A stretch of 64,000 nt of DNA from an uncultured Candidatus Rokubacteria bacterium. GTDB lineage: Bacteria > Methylomirabilota > Methylomirabilia > Rokubacteriales > CSP1-6. Every line of letters starts with the position of its first letter. The first letter of the stretch is position 1. The translations under genes were made by a program, and so were the position numbers. Location of the stretch: assembly GCA_963789955.1 (NCBI GenBank), contig CAWBMV010000012.1, positions 32,001 through 96,000 of the forward strand, in the 5' to 3' direction. Shown one piece after another: positions 32,507 to 42,948 of this stretch. The notes beneath the pieces were generated by a model. That model worked only from the letters and a program-made list of their open reading frames with translations, was not told the DNA's origin and did no database searches.

Positions 32507-33511
32507 ATGAGGTTGCGAACGATTGCCTTGACGTGCGCGGCACTCTGCCTCGTCGATCGCAGCGCCGTCGAGCCGCTGGGTGCCGCGCCGCAGGCCTCCA
32601 GTGCGGCGTCCTCGGACCGCCTGGAGGTCGTGGACGTGCGTCCCAACTTCTTCCTGATCGCCGGCGCCGGCGGCAACGTCGGCGTGCAGGTGGGCGAGGA
32701 CGGCGTCGTGGTCGTAGACGCCGGGTCGGCCGCCAATGCTCCGGCCGTCGTCGCCGCCATCAAGCGGATCACGCCGAAGCCTATTCGCTACGTGATCGAC
32801 ACCGGGCCGGATGCGGACCACGTCGGCGGCAACGAGGTGCTGTCGAAGGCGGGCGAGACGCTTCTTCCGACACGCATCGGCGGCCAGCAGCGCGACTTCA
32901 TGGGCCCGGTGGCCGCGATCCTCGCCACCGAAGGCGTCTTGCGGCGCATGTCGGCGGCCTCTGGATCAGCGGCATACCCGGCTGGCGGGTGGCCGACCGA
33001 GACGTTCCACTACGCACGCAAGTCCATGTACCTGAACGGCGAAGCGATCGAGGTGCTGCACCAGCCGGCAGCACACACCGACAGCGACGCCTTCGCCTTC
33101 TTTCGCCGGTCGGACGTCGTGATGGCCGGCGACGTGCTGGACACGCGGCAGTTTCCCGTCATCGACGTCGAGCGCGGCGGGAGCATCCGGGGGGAAATCG
33201 CAGCGCTCAACCGCCTGTCCGAGCTGGCGGTACCGTCTGCGCCGATCGTGTCGCGCGAAGCCGGCACCATCGTGATCCCGGGCCACGGCCGGCTCTACGA
33301 TCAGTACGACGTGATCGAGTACCGGGACATGGTCACGATCGTCCGCGACCGCGTGCGCGACCTCGTCGTGGCCGGGCGGTCGCTCGAGCAGGTCAAGGCC
33401 GCCGGCCCGGCAAAGGGCTACGTGGGCCGCTATGGCAACGAGGGCGGGGCGTGGACGACGGACCGGTTCGTCGAGGCCGTCTACCGGAGCCTCGTCATGG
33501 AGAAGCCGTGA
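32507..33511 (+). CDS. Secreted MBL-fold protein (cyclase-like) with degenerate metal motif
   Basis: GAGGNV, VVDAG, IDTGPDADHVGGN, AHTDSD, AGD, IPGHG. Confidence 0.88.
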   Translation: MRLRTIALTCAALCLVDRSAVEPLGAAPQASSAASSDRLEVVDVRPNFFLIAGAGGNVGVQVGEDGVVVVDAGSAANAPAVVAAIKRITPKPIRYVIDTGPDADHVGGNEVLSKAGETLLPTRIGGQQRDFMGPVAAILATEGVLRRMSAASGSAAYPAGGWPTETFHYARKSMYLNGEAIEVLHQPAAHTDSDAFAFFRRSDVVMAGDVLDTRQFPVIDVERGGSIRGEIAALNRLSELAVPSAPIVSREAGTIVIPGHGRLYDQYDVIEYRDMVTIVRDRVRDLVVAGRSLEQVKAAGPAKGYVGRYGNEGGAWTTDRFVEAVYRSLVMEKP

Positions 33512-34281
33512 AGCTCCCGATGGCCACGGCCACGCTGCTGATCTTGTGGAACTTCGCGGGTCCGATGTCTCTCCACGCGCAACGGCAAGGCGGCGCAGCA
33601 CCCTCGGCCAGGGACGCGGCGCCGATCGACCTGACGGGTTACTGGGTCTCATACGTCACCGAGAACTGGCGCTATCGGATGGTCACGCCGGCGAAGGGGG
33701 AATACCGCCGCATTCCGGTCAGCCCGGCCGCCGTGCCCCTCATCAACGGCTGGGATCCGGCCGTGGACGAGCGGGCCGGCAACCAGTGCAAGTCCTACGG
33801 CACCGGCAACATCATGAGCGTCCCGGGCCGCCTCCACGTCACCTGGCAGGACGCCGACACGCTTCGCATCGACACTGACGCGGGCACGCAGACGCGACTC
33901 CTCCGCTTCCGCCTTCGCGAGGCTTCGGCGGGACAAGTCTCCGCGCGCGCCGCCGCGCCGGGCGCACGCACCTGGCAGGGCGAGTCCAGCGCCAGCTGGG
34001 AGCGCGCGGCTGGCCCGGGCGGGGGCGGCGGCCTGCGGGTCGTCACCTCGAACCTGCGCGCCGGCTACCTGCGGAAGAACGGTGTGCCCTACAGCGAACG
34101 CGCCACGGTGTCGGAGCAGTTCGACCTTGCGCCGCTGCCCGAGGGCGGCCAGCTACTTCTCGTCACCACGACGGTCGAGGACCCGGTATACCTGCGCGCG
34201 CCGTACATCGTCAGCCCGCACTTCAAGAAGGAGCCGGACGGCTCCAAGTGGGATCCCACGCCATGCTCATCGACCTGGTAA
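33508..34281 (+). CDS. Uncharacterised exported Cys-containing protein (paralog 4)
   Basis: APIDLTGYW, NQCKSYG, WQGESSASW, VEDPVYL, WDPTPC; start overlaps the MBL stop. Confidence 0.8.
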   Translation: MKLPMATATLLILWNFAGPMSLHAQRQGGAAPSARDAAPIDLTGYWVSYVTENWRYRMVTPAKGEYRRIPVSPAAVPLINGWDPAVDERAGNQCKSYGTGNIMSVPGRLHVTWQDADTLRIDTDAGTQTRLLRFRLREASAGQVSARAAAPGARTWQGESSASWERAAGPGGGGGLRVVTSNLRAGYLRKNGVPYSERATVSEQFDLAPLPEGGQLLLVTTTVEDPVYLRAPYIVSPHFKKEPDGSKWDPTPCSSTW

Positions 34282-34927
34282 CCCGTCGGGCCGGCCTCGG
34301 CCTGTTGATTGTCGTGCTCGTGGCCGGCAAGGCATCGGCCCAATTCGATCCCACCGGCTCGTGGGGGCCCCTGGCAACCGAGGACGTGCAGAACGACTCG
34401 CTGCCGGTGGATTACCTCGGGCTGGCGCTGACCGACGAGGGCCGCACGCGCGCGCTCGCCTACGACGAATCCCAGAAGTCGATGATCGAGCGGCAGTGCC
34501 AGGGCTGGGGCGCGTCCTACATGGTGCTGGGCCCCTTTGGCCTGCGCGTGTCGAGCCAGGTCGACCCGGTGACGAAGCGCATCGTGTCCTACACGATCGA
34601 TCCGTGGGAAGACTGGAATGGGATGACCATCTGGATGGATGGCCGGGCGCACCCGTCCGAGTCTGCCCTGCACACGCAAGCCGGCTTCACGACCGGCCAG
34701 TGGGACGGCGGGGCGCTCGCCGCGCACACGACGCACATGAAGGCGGGCTTCATCCGCAAGACGGGGGTGCCGCTGACCGATCAGGCGACGTTCGACTGGC
34801 GGTTCTACCGGCACGGCGACGTGCTGACGGTGCTGCTGGTGGCCCGGGATCCCGTCTACCTGGCTGAGCCGGAGATCATCACGAAGAGCTTCCGGCTCTC
34901 GCAGACGCCGCTCGACTTTCGCGACCG
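34263..34927 (+). CDS. Uncharacterised exported Cys-containing protein (paralog 5), truncated at junction
   Basis: QFDPTGSW, ERQC, TIWMDGRAHP, GFTTGQWDG, DPVYL; frame continues into the antisense of an unrelated gene. Confidence 0.75.
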
Positions 34928-36145
34928 ACGCGCTTCAAGTACTCTTGGATGATGACCGCGGTGTCCTTCACGCTCTGATCCGCCTGGTCGTGGCGGATCG
35001 AGAAGCTGAATCGCTTGCCGTCCTTGGCCAGGACGCCGTCAGCGCCGGGCTTGAATCCAGCCTCGGCCAGGAGCGCCTTGGCGCGTGCCGGGTCGTACGC
35101 GTACGGCTTCACGCTCGAGTCGAACGCCCAGCTCGACGGGGGAAACTGGCCGGTCGAGACGACGGCGTAGCCTTGAAGCACCTCGCGGACGATCGTCGGC
35201 ACGTCGATCGCGTGGTAGAGCGCGCGGCGAACGCGAACGTCCGTGAACGGTGCCAGATCCTCGTCGCCAGCCGAAATAGGTGTATGAGGTGTTGTCGGCT
35301 ACCAGCACCTTCAGGTTCGGCGTCTGCTTGAGCCGCGCCACTTCCGTCAGCGGCGGATTCTCGATGAAATCGACCCCGCCCGACCGGAGCTCCTGCAGGA
35401 GCACGACGCTGTCCGGGATGATCCGGATGATCAGCCGGTCGAGCGCCGGCCGGCCGGCGTGGTACTGGTCGTTGGCCTCCATCACCAGCCGCTCGCCGCG
35501 CCGCCACTCGACGAGCTTGAACGGCCCGGTGCCGATCGGGCGGCGATTGAACTCGGCGGTGTTCAGATCGGTGCCCTTGAGGATGTGCTCGGGAACGATC
35601 CCCGCGCGCGGGTTGACCAGCACGGCCAGGAACGAGCCCGACGGGTAGCGCAGGCGGAAGCGCACGGTGTGATCGTCGACGACCTCGATGGGGCGGACGG
35701 CCAGCTCCTCGGGCTTCTTGGGATTCTCCTTGGCCGTCAGCTCGGGGAAGCCGACGAGCGCGTCGAAGTAGGCGCGATGCGGCGTGGTCACCTTGGGATC
35801 GAGGACCGAATAGAACGTGAAGGCGACGTCGCGCGCGGTGAACGGCTTGCCGTCGTGCCACTTCACGCCACGCTTGAGCTTGAACGTGTAGGTGAGCCCG
35901 TCGCGCGATACCTCCCACGACTCGGCCAGGAGGGGCTTCACGTTGAGGCCTTGATCGAGCTCGACCAGGCTGTCGAACAGCGGCCACTCGGCGATGTACG
36001 ACTGGCCGTCGGTGGCGATGACCGGGTTCAGCGACGTGGCGTCGCCGCTGAGCCCGATGACGAAATCCTTGCCGGCGGCGAGGCTCGCCGTGGGCGTCAA
36101 GCCGATGAGCGCGACGAGCAGCACGAGCAGCATGGCGTGGATCAC
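34925..36145 (-). CDS. Peptide/nickel ABC transporter substrate-binding protein (family 5), C-terminally truncated, one frameshift
   Basis: PLLAESWEVS, GVKWHDGKPFTARDV, PIGTGPFK, YDPARAKALLAEAG; ends abruptly after QEYLKRVG. Confidence 0.9.
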
Positions 36146-36167
36146 GTCCGTCCTCCGTTCATAGGCG

Positions 36168-37031
36168 TCACGGCGACTGCCCGCGCAACGTCGGATCCGA
36201 CGCGTCACGCAGCCCGTCGCCGAACAGGTTGAATCCCAGCACCGTGACGAAGATGGCCAGCCCGGGGAATGTCGCGATCCACCAGGCCGAGGCCAGGAAC
36301 TGCCGTCCCTCGACGACCATGTTGCCCCAGCTCGGTAGCGGCGGCTGGGCGCCGAGGCCGAGATAGCTCAGGCCGGACTCGATCAGGATCGTCTGACCGA
36401 GCAAGAGGCTGGCCTGGACGATGACGATCGGCAGCGCATTCACGAGCAGGTGACGGCCGAGGATCCGCGCGTGCCCGGCGCCGAGCGCGGCGGCCGCGTG
36501 GACGAAGTCGCGGTTGCGCAGGCTCAGGCACTCGCTGCGCACGATGCGCCCGACCGGCGCCCAGGTGACGAGCGCGATGACCAGCGCCGTGTTGGCGAGG
36601 CTCGCGCCGAAGAGCGCCACGACGATGAGGATCAGGAACAACGCCGGGACCGAGAGGAAGACGTCGGCGGCGCGCATGATCGCCGTGTCCACGGTGCCGC
36701 CGAAGTAGCCGGCCACGCTCCCGACCGCGGTGCCCACCACGAGCGAGAGCGCCGTCGCGAACAGGGCGATCTCGAGCGAGACGCGGCTGCCCCAGATCAC
36801 CCGGCTCAGCACGTCGCGACCGAAGCCGTCGGTGCCGAGCCAGTGCGCGGCGCTCGGCGGCTGCAGTCGGTTCAGCAGCGACTGCGCCGAATAGCTCTGC
36901 GGCGCCAGCGCGGGCGCGAGCGCGCCCGCGGTCAGCATGATCGCCACGACCAGGCCGCCGACCAGACCCCGCCGATTGCGCGTGAAGCGATCGAAGATCG
37001 ACGGCCGCTCCGGGCGTACGGGCGTCGTCAC
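36168..37031 (-). CDS. Peptide ABC transporter permease (DppC/OppC-like)
   Basis: HWLGTDGFGRDVLSR, ESGLSYLGLG, FNLFGDGLRD. Confidence 0.95.
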   Translation of the reverse strand: MTTPVRPERPSIFDRFTRNRRGLVGGLVVAIMLTAGALAPALAPQSYSAQSLLNRLQPPSAAHWLGTDGFGRDVLSRVIWGSRVSLEIALFATALSLVVGTAVGSVAGYFGGTVDTAIMRAADVFLSVPALFLILIVVALFGASLANTALVIALVTWAPVGRIVRSECLSLRNRDFVHAAAALGAGHARILGRHLLVNALPIVIVQASLLLGQTILIESGLSYLGLGAQPPLPSWGNMVVEGRQFLASAWWIATFPGLAIFVTVLGFNLFGDGLRDASDPTLRGQSP

Positions 37032-37990
37032 CGGTACGAGATCCGCGGATCGATCACGCAGTAGGCCAGATCGGTGAGGAGGTTGGCGCTGATGACGACG
37101 GCGGCGACCATCAGATTGACGCCCATGATCACCGGATAGTCGCGCTCGAACACCGCGCCGACCGCCAGGCGTCCGATGCCCGGCCACGCGAAGACGGTTT
37201 CGGTGAGCACCGCGCCGCCGACCAGGGTCGGCAGCGAGAGGCCGACCACCGTGACGACCGGAATCAGCGCGTTGCGGAGCGCGTGACGCCAGACGACCCG
37301 GCCGCCGCCGAGCCCCTTGGCCCGCGCGGTCCGGACGTAGTCCTGCCGCAGCACCTCGAGCAGGCTCGAGCGCGTGAAGCGCATGAACGACGCCATCTGG
37401 ATCAGGCCGAGCGTCAGGGTCGGCAGGATCGCGTGCCGCACGCGCGCGGTCAGCTCGGCCTCGCGCCCGTACTCGCTGAGCCCCGAGGGCGGCAGCACGT
37501 GGAAGACCTCGGAGAAGAGCAGGATCAGCATGATGCCGAGCCAGAAGCTCGGAAACGACACGCCGAAGAGCGCGACAGCCGAGCCGAGCGTGTCCCAGAT
37601 CGTGCCGCGGCGGACCGCCGCCAGCACACCGAGGGGAACCGCGACGACCAGCGCGAGGGCGAGCGCGCCAAACGTCAGCTGGATGGTCGGCCCGAGGCGG
37701 TCGAGGATCAACGCGGCGACGGGGTCACCCGTCTTGAACGAGCGGCCGAGGTCGCCGCGCAGGGCGCCGCCGGCCCAGCCGAGATACTGTAGCGCGAGCG
37801 GACGATCGAGCCCGAGTCGCTGGCGGATCTGCGCGGCCGCCTCCTGGGAGAACTCGCCGCCGATCAGCACCGCTTCGGGTCCGCCGGGCGCCAGCCGCAT
37901 GATCGTGAACAGGATGATCGAGACGCCCACGAGCATCAGGACGGCGAAGCCGACGCGCTTGAGGATGTAGGTTCTGAGTCCCGGCTCCAT
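37028..37990 (-). CDS. Peptide ABC transporter permease (DppB/OppB-like)
   Basis: LGLDRPL, QDYVRTARAKGL, HALRNA, ETVFAWPGIG, IDPRI. Confidence 0.95.
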   Translation of the reverse strand: MEPGLRTYILKRVGFAVLMLVGVSIILFTIMRLAPGGPEAVLIGGEFSQEAAAQIRQRLGLDRPLALQYLGWAGGALRGDLGRSFKTGDPVAALILDRLGPTIQLTFGALALALVVAVPLGVLAAVRRGTIWDTLGSAVALFGVSFPSFWLGIMLILLFSEVFHVLPPSGLSEYGREAELTARVRHAILPTLTLGLIQMASFMRFTRSSLLEVLRQDYVRTARAKGLGGGRVVWRHALRNALIPVVTVVGLSLPTLVGGAVLTETVFAWPGIGRLAVGAVFERDYPVIMGVNLMVAAVVISANLLTDLAYCVIDPRISYR

Positions 37991-38038
37991 GGCTCGCGGG
38001 GCGATCGCGAGGCAGCGTAGCCAAGGGGCGTTGGGGAG

Positions 38039-38887
38039 TCAACTCGCGCCGGTCGCGGTGAGGCCACGGATGAAGTGGTCGAGAAACAGGTTGTAGAGGA
38101 TCGCCCCGGGCAGGCCGACCAGCAGGGCGGCCGCCATCAGGGCACCCCAGTAGTAGATGTCGCCGCGGATCAGCGTCATCGCGATGCCGACCGTCACCGT
38201 CATCTGGTCTCGGGGCGCGACGTAGACGACCCCGTAGAGGAACTCCTGCATCGCGAGGGTGAAGGTGAAGATGGCCACGATGGCGACCCCGTGCCCCATC
38301 AACGGCAGGACGACGCGCACGACTCCGCTGACGAGACCACAGCCATCCACCCACGCCGCCTCCTCGATCTCCCGGGGCAGCGTCTTGAAGAATCCCATCA
38401 GGATCCACGTGCAGAACGGGATCGTGAAGGTCGGATAGACGACCACGAGCGCCCACCACGAGTCGAAGAGCCCGAGCGCGCCGACCACGCGCGCCAGCGG
38501 CAGGAAGAGGATGATCGGCGGCACCAGATAGGTCATGAACATCGCGATCCCGAGGTTGCCGGCGCCCGGGAGCCGCAAGCGCGCCAGTGCGTAGGCGGCC
38601 GGCACCGCCGTCACCAGGGTGATCACGACGAGACAGATCGCGAGGAGCACGGAGTTGAGGAACCAGACCGGGAAGTGGCTGTGCGTGAACAGGAGCCGGA
38701 AGTGCTTGAGGGTCGGGCCCATGTGAAACCAGAACGGGTTCTGGTCCATCCGATAGAGGTCGGCGTCTTCCTTGAACGCCGTGATGGTGATCCAGAACAC
38801 CGGGAACACCGCGACGACGACGAAGGGCGCTAGACCGGCGTAGACGAGCAGGTGCCGCAGAATCGCTCTGCGGGTCCGGGGTGTCAC
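38039..38887 (-). CDS. Carbohydrate ABC transporter permease (MalG-like), orphan
   Basis: EIEEAAWVDG EAA loop; WGALMAA; FIRGLTA. Confidence 0.92.
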   Translation of the reverse strand: MTPRTRRAILRHLLVYAGLAPFVVVAVFPVFWITITAFKEDADLYRMDQNPFWFHMGPTLKHFRLLFTHSHFPVWFLNSVLLAICLVVITLVTAVPAAYALARLRLPGAGNLGIAMFMTYLVPPIILFLPLARVVGALGLFDSWWALVVVYPTFTIPFCTWILMGFFKTLPREIEEAAWVDGCGLVSGVVRVVLPLMGHGVAIVAIFTFTLAMQEFLYGVVYVAPRDQMTVTVGIAMTLIRGDIYYWGALMAAALLVGLPGAILYNLFLDHFIRGLTATGAS

Positions 38888-38909
38888 CGTCGCCGCCGAC
38901 GTCCCCGGC

Positions 38910-41125
38910 TCAGGCGATCGGGGCGACGTCCACGAAGCAGGAGTTGAAGGGCGCCGCGCCTGCGGGCGACGTCCGGTCGGCGGTGAGGACGTTCGCGCAG
39001 CCACGGGTGTCGGAGCCGACTCCGTCCGGCGTGAACCAGGCGCCCTCCTTGATCGAGACGACCCCCGGTGCGATGCGGTCGGTCACCCGCGCCGGGAGCC
39101 GAGTCGTACCCCGCGCGTTGAAGATACGCGGACGGGCTGGCCGTCGACGATCCCGCGCGAGGCCGCATCCGCGGTATTGATCCACACGTCGTCCGAGTCG
39201 GCGCGGGAGAGGATTGGCTGGTTTCCGTGGATCGAGTGCGTGCGCGCCCGGGACTTGGGCGTGACCAGGCGCAGCGGGTAGCGCGAGTCGATCTCGTCCT
39301 CGATCCACGTCGGAATCGGCGGGATGACGCCGAGCCCGTAAGGATCGGGCTTGGCGGCCAGGGTCATCGAGTAGATCTCGATCTTCCCGGACGGCGTCGT
39401 GAACGGATGGCGCTCGGGGTCGCGGATCTCCCGCGCGAAGGCGACGGCATCGTCGGGCGCCGGCAGTCTCGCGAGCCCACGGTCGCGGAACGTGTCGAAA
39501 TCGTCGATCACGCCGTCGGTCAGCTCGCGCAGCCATTCTTCTTCGGTCTTGTCGTTGTAGCCGGTGATCCCGAGCCGGCGCGCCAGCTCGCTGCAGATGT
39601 CGAAGTCGTTCCGGCATTCGCCCATCGGCTCGATGGCTTGTTTCATGAAGAACGCGTAGTGGCCGGCGCCCGCCCAGGGCGTGTGAACGTCGTTGCGCTC
39701 CCAGAACGTCGTAGCCGGGAGCACGATGTCGGCGTAGCGCGCCGTGGGCGTGAGGAAATGATCGTGGACCACCATGAACTCCAGGCGCTGCGCGGCCGCG
39801 ACGATCCGGCCGACGTTCGGCACCTGGTTGAAGAGGTCGCCGGCCACGGAGTAGACCATCTTGATGTCCGCCGGGTAGCCTCCGGCCCGGCCGCGATCGA
39901 GCAGGTCGGCGAGCATCGCGGTGGCGACTCGCGCGCCCGTGGGATTCGTGCCGGCCGGCAGGAGGCGAATCCCGCAGCGTCCGGTCGCGCCGTTGCTGGT
40001 GCCGGCGTTGCCGCCGGGAATCCCGACGTTGCCGGTCATCGCGGCGAGCGCGTAGGCGGCGCGGTGGAACTGCTCGCCGTGAATCGTGCGGCCCGGCGCG
40101 TAGCCGCAGTGGAGAGCCGCCGGCTTGCTGGTCGCGAACTCGATCGCGAGCCGCTCGATCGCGTCGGCCGGCATGCCGGTGATCTTCTCGGCCCACGCCG
40201 GCGTTTTGCGCACGCCGTCCGCTTCGCCCATGAGGTAGGCGCGATACGAGGCGCCGGCCGGCGCGCCCGGCGGCAGATGCGCCTCATCGAAGCCGAGCAC
40301 GTAGCGATCGAGGTAGGACTGGTCCTGCAGCCCATGGCTCGCGATGACGTAGGCCATCGCGATCAGCGCGGCCGCGTCGGTCGATGGCCGGATGAAGATG
40401 TGCTCGTCGGCCAGCTGGTAGCTCGAGCGCGTGACGCGCGGGTCGACGCAGACGATGCGCACGCCGTGGTCCTTGGCGCGCTTGAGGTACTGCATGGTCC
40501 CCGTGCCGAACGTCCCGTCGCCGGGACTCCAGCCCCACATCACGATGAGCCGCGAGTTGACGTAGTCGATCGGCTCTCGGCCCGCGCTCTTGTATTCGGC
40601 CTTGGCGCCGTAGGTCTGCTTGACCGCGAAGATCTCGGCCTCCGACGAGAGATTGCTCCAGAGCTCGGTGCAGCCGCCGAACATGTGGAGGAACCGCTGA
40701 CTCACGCCCCGGCCGTGCAAGGTCGATAGGCTGCCCGTGCGCGAGCAGTCGAGGATCGCGGCCGACCCGTACGTGTCACGGACGCGGAGCATCTGGCGCG
40801 CGACCTCGTCGAGCGCCTCGTCCCAGGAGACCCGCTCGAACTCGCCCGATCCCCGAGGCCCGGTCCGGCGCAGCGGGTGCTTCAGCCGGTCCGGATGATT
40901 CACGCGCTCCGCCTGGCCGAAGCCGCGCACGCACGCGTGCAGGGGCGGCATCTCGGGGGTCCAGCGGCGCGGGTCCGTGCTGATCTTGACGATCTGCCCG
41001 TCGCGCACGTGGGCGTTGACGGCGCACCGGCCGCCGCAGTTGTGGCCGCACGTGCTGGTCACCACGGTCTCGCCCGGCTTGGCGGCGACGCGCGGCGCTT
41101 CGTAGACGATCCTCGCGCGATTCAT
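38910..41125 (-). CDS. Molybdopterin (bis-PGD) oxidoreductase, DmsA-like catalytic subunit without Tat signal; frameshift near C-terminus
   Basis: TCGHNCGGRC..HACVRG Fe-S motif, HPDRLKHPL, TPTARYADIVLP, TPSGKIEI, RTHS, CANVLT. Confidence 0.92.
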
Positions 41126-41285
41126 GGCCACCACCCTACCAAGTTTCGAGCCCTCGGACCACACCACTCGGGCGCAATGCCCGCTCGGTTAGGCGCCTCT
41201 GCCCGAGATTCCCCGTCTCACCACGCCAAACGGCGCGCAATCCACTGATGTTCCTTCGGTATGGTTCTTGCGACGGATCTCGAGC

Positions 41286-42104
41286 ATGCAAACAACTTTT
41301 GCGCCTACCTATCAGCTTGAGCCCTTCTTCCGTGAGGCAGGAGCCGGCCCTGGGGTCGTATGTCTGCACTCGAACGCGAGTACCTCGGGGCAATGGCGGG
41401 GACTGATGGACCGTCTGGCGCCAAAGTTTCACGTCCTCGCTCCCGATTCCTATGGCTCCGGCAAGAGCCCGGATTGGCCTTCGGACCGAATCATCAGCCT
41501 CCTCGATGAAGTCGCGCTCATCGAGCCCGTGCTCGCCAGGGCCGGGTCGCCGCTGACCTTGGTCGGTCATTCGTACGGTGCCGCAATCGCGCTGATCGGG
41601 GCCCTGGGCAATCCCGGTCGTGTCCGTGCGATCGCGCTCTACGAACCAACGCTCTTCGCGCTGCTCGACGCGGAGACTCCTCCTCCGAACGAAGCGGAAG
41701 GGATTCGCAGCGCAGTAGCGCGAGCCAGCATCGCGCTCGATGCAGGAAACCCGCATGCTGCCGCCGAGCATTTCATCGACTACTGGATGGGCTCCGGAAC
41801 CTGGCAGCGGACGCCAGACCAGCGCAAGCCGGCCATTGCCGCGTCGGTGACGAATGTTCGCAGATGGGCGTATGCCCTGTTCACTGAACCGACACCGCTC
41901 GCGGCGTTCCGTTCACTCGACGCCCCGGTGCTCTTGATGGTCGGCAAGCGCTCGACACCATCGGCTCGCGGAGTAGCACGGCTTCTCGCGACCGCGCTGC
42001 CGAGGGTCGAGCTCGTGGAGTTCGAGGATCTCGGCCACATGGGCCCGATGACACATCCCGACCCGGTCAACGAAGTCATTGCGCGCTTCCTCGAACGGGC
42101 GTGA
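41286..42104 (+). CDS. Alpha/beta hydrolase
   Basis: GHSYG nucleophile motif; LGHMGP. Confidence 0.9.
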   Translation: MQTTFAPTYQLEPFFREAGAGPGVVCLHSNASTSGQWRGLMDRLAPKFHVLAPDSYGSGKSPDWPSDRIISLLDEVALIEPVLARAGSPLTLVGHSYGAAIALIGALGNPGRVRAIALYEPTLFALLDAETPPPNEAEGIRSAVARASIALDAGNPHAAAEHFIDYWMGSGTWQRTPDQRKPAIAASVTNVRRWAYALFTEPTPLAAFRSLDAPVLLMVGKRSTPSARGVARLLATALPRVELVEFEDLGHMGPMTHPDPVNEVIARFLERA

Positions 42105-42124
42105 CTCGGCTATAATCCGCCCTC

Positions 42125-42948
42125 GTGGCCGGCCACGGTCGGACCGGTTCCATCGTCCTCGAGCGAGTCACGCAGCGGTTCCCCGTCCCGCGTGAGGATC
42201 GAGAGTTCACCGCGGTTCAAGACGTCTCCATCGACGTGCGCGGCGGCGAGTTCATCTCGATCGTCGGGCCCTCCGGCTGCGGCAAGTCGACGCTGCTGAG
42301 CCTGTCGCCGGGCTCGTGCCGGTCACGGCGGGACGAATCACCATCGACGGACAGCCGGTCAGCGGCGTGAATCCGCGCCTCGGCTTCGTCTTTCAGCGGG
42401 ACGCGATCTTTCCGTGGAAGACCGTGGCCCAGAACGTGGGGCTGCCGCTCCTGTTCCGCGGTGTCGACACGGCGAGCGCGCGCCCGCGCGTGGCCGAGTG
42501 GATCGGGCGCATCGGTCTGACGGGGTTCGAGCAGTATCACCCCTACCAGCTCTCGGGCGGGATGCGCAAGCGCGTCGCGCTGGCGATGACGATGGTGTAC
42601 GAGCCCGAGATCGTCCTGATGGACGAGCCGTTCGGCGCGCTCGACGTGCAGACGCGCAACCTGATGGAGAACGACCTCCTCGAGATCTGGGCGCAGCTCC
42701 GGCGTACGGTGGTCTTCGTGACCCACGATCTGGAAGAGGCGATCGCGCTGTCGGATCGGATCGTCGTGATGACCGCCTCGCCCGGGCGGGTGAAAGCGGT
42801 CTATCCGATCGACCTGCCTCGCCCGCGCTCGGTCACCGAGATCCGGTTTCATCCCGACTTCGGCCGGCTGTACGAAACGATCTGGAAGGACTTGAGAGAC
42901 GAGGTACGCGTTGGCTACGAGCGGAGCCAAAAAGGTCTCGTGGGCTGA
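42125..42948 (+). CDS. NitT/TauT ABC transporter ATP-binding protein, one frameshift
   Basis: [31 protein letters not shown]. Confidence 0.93.
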
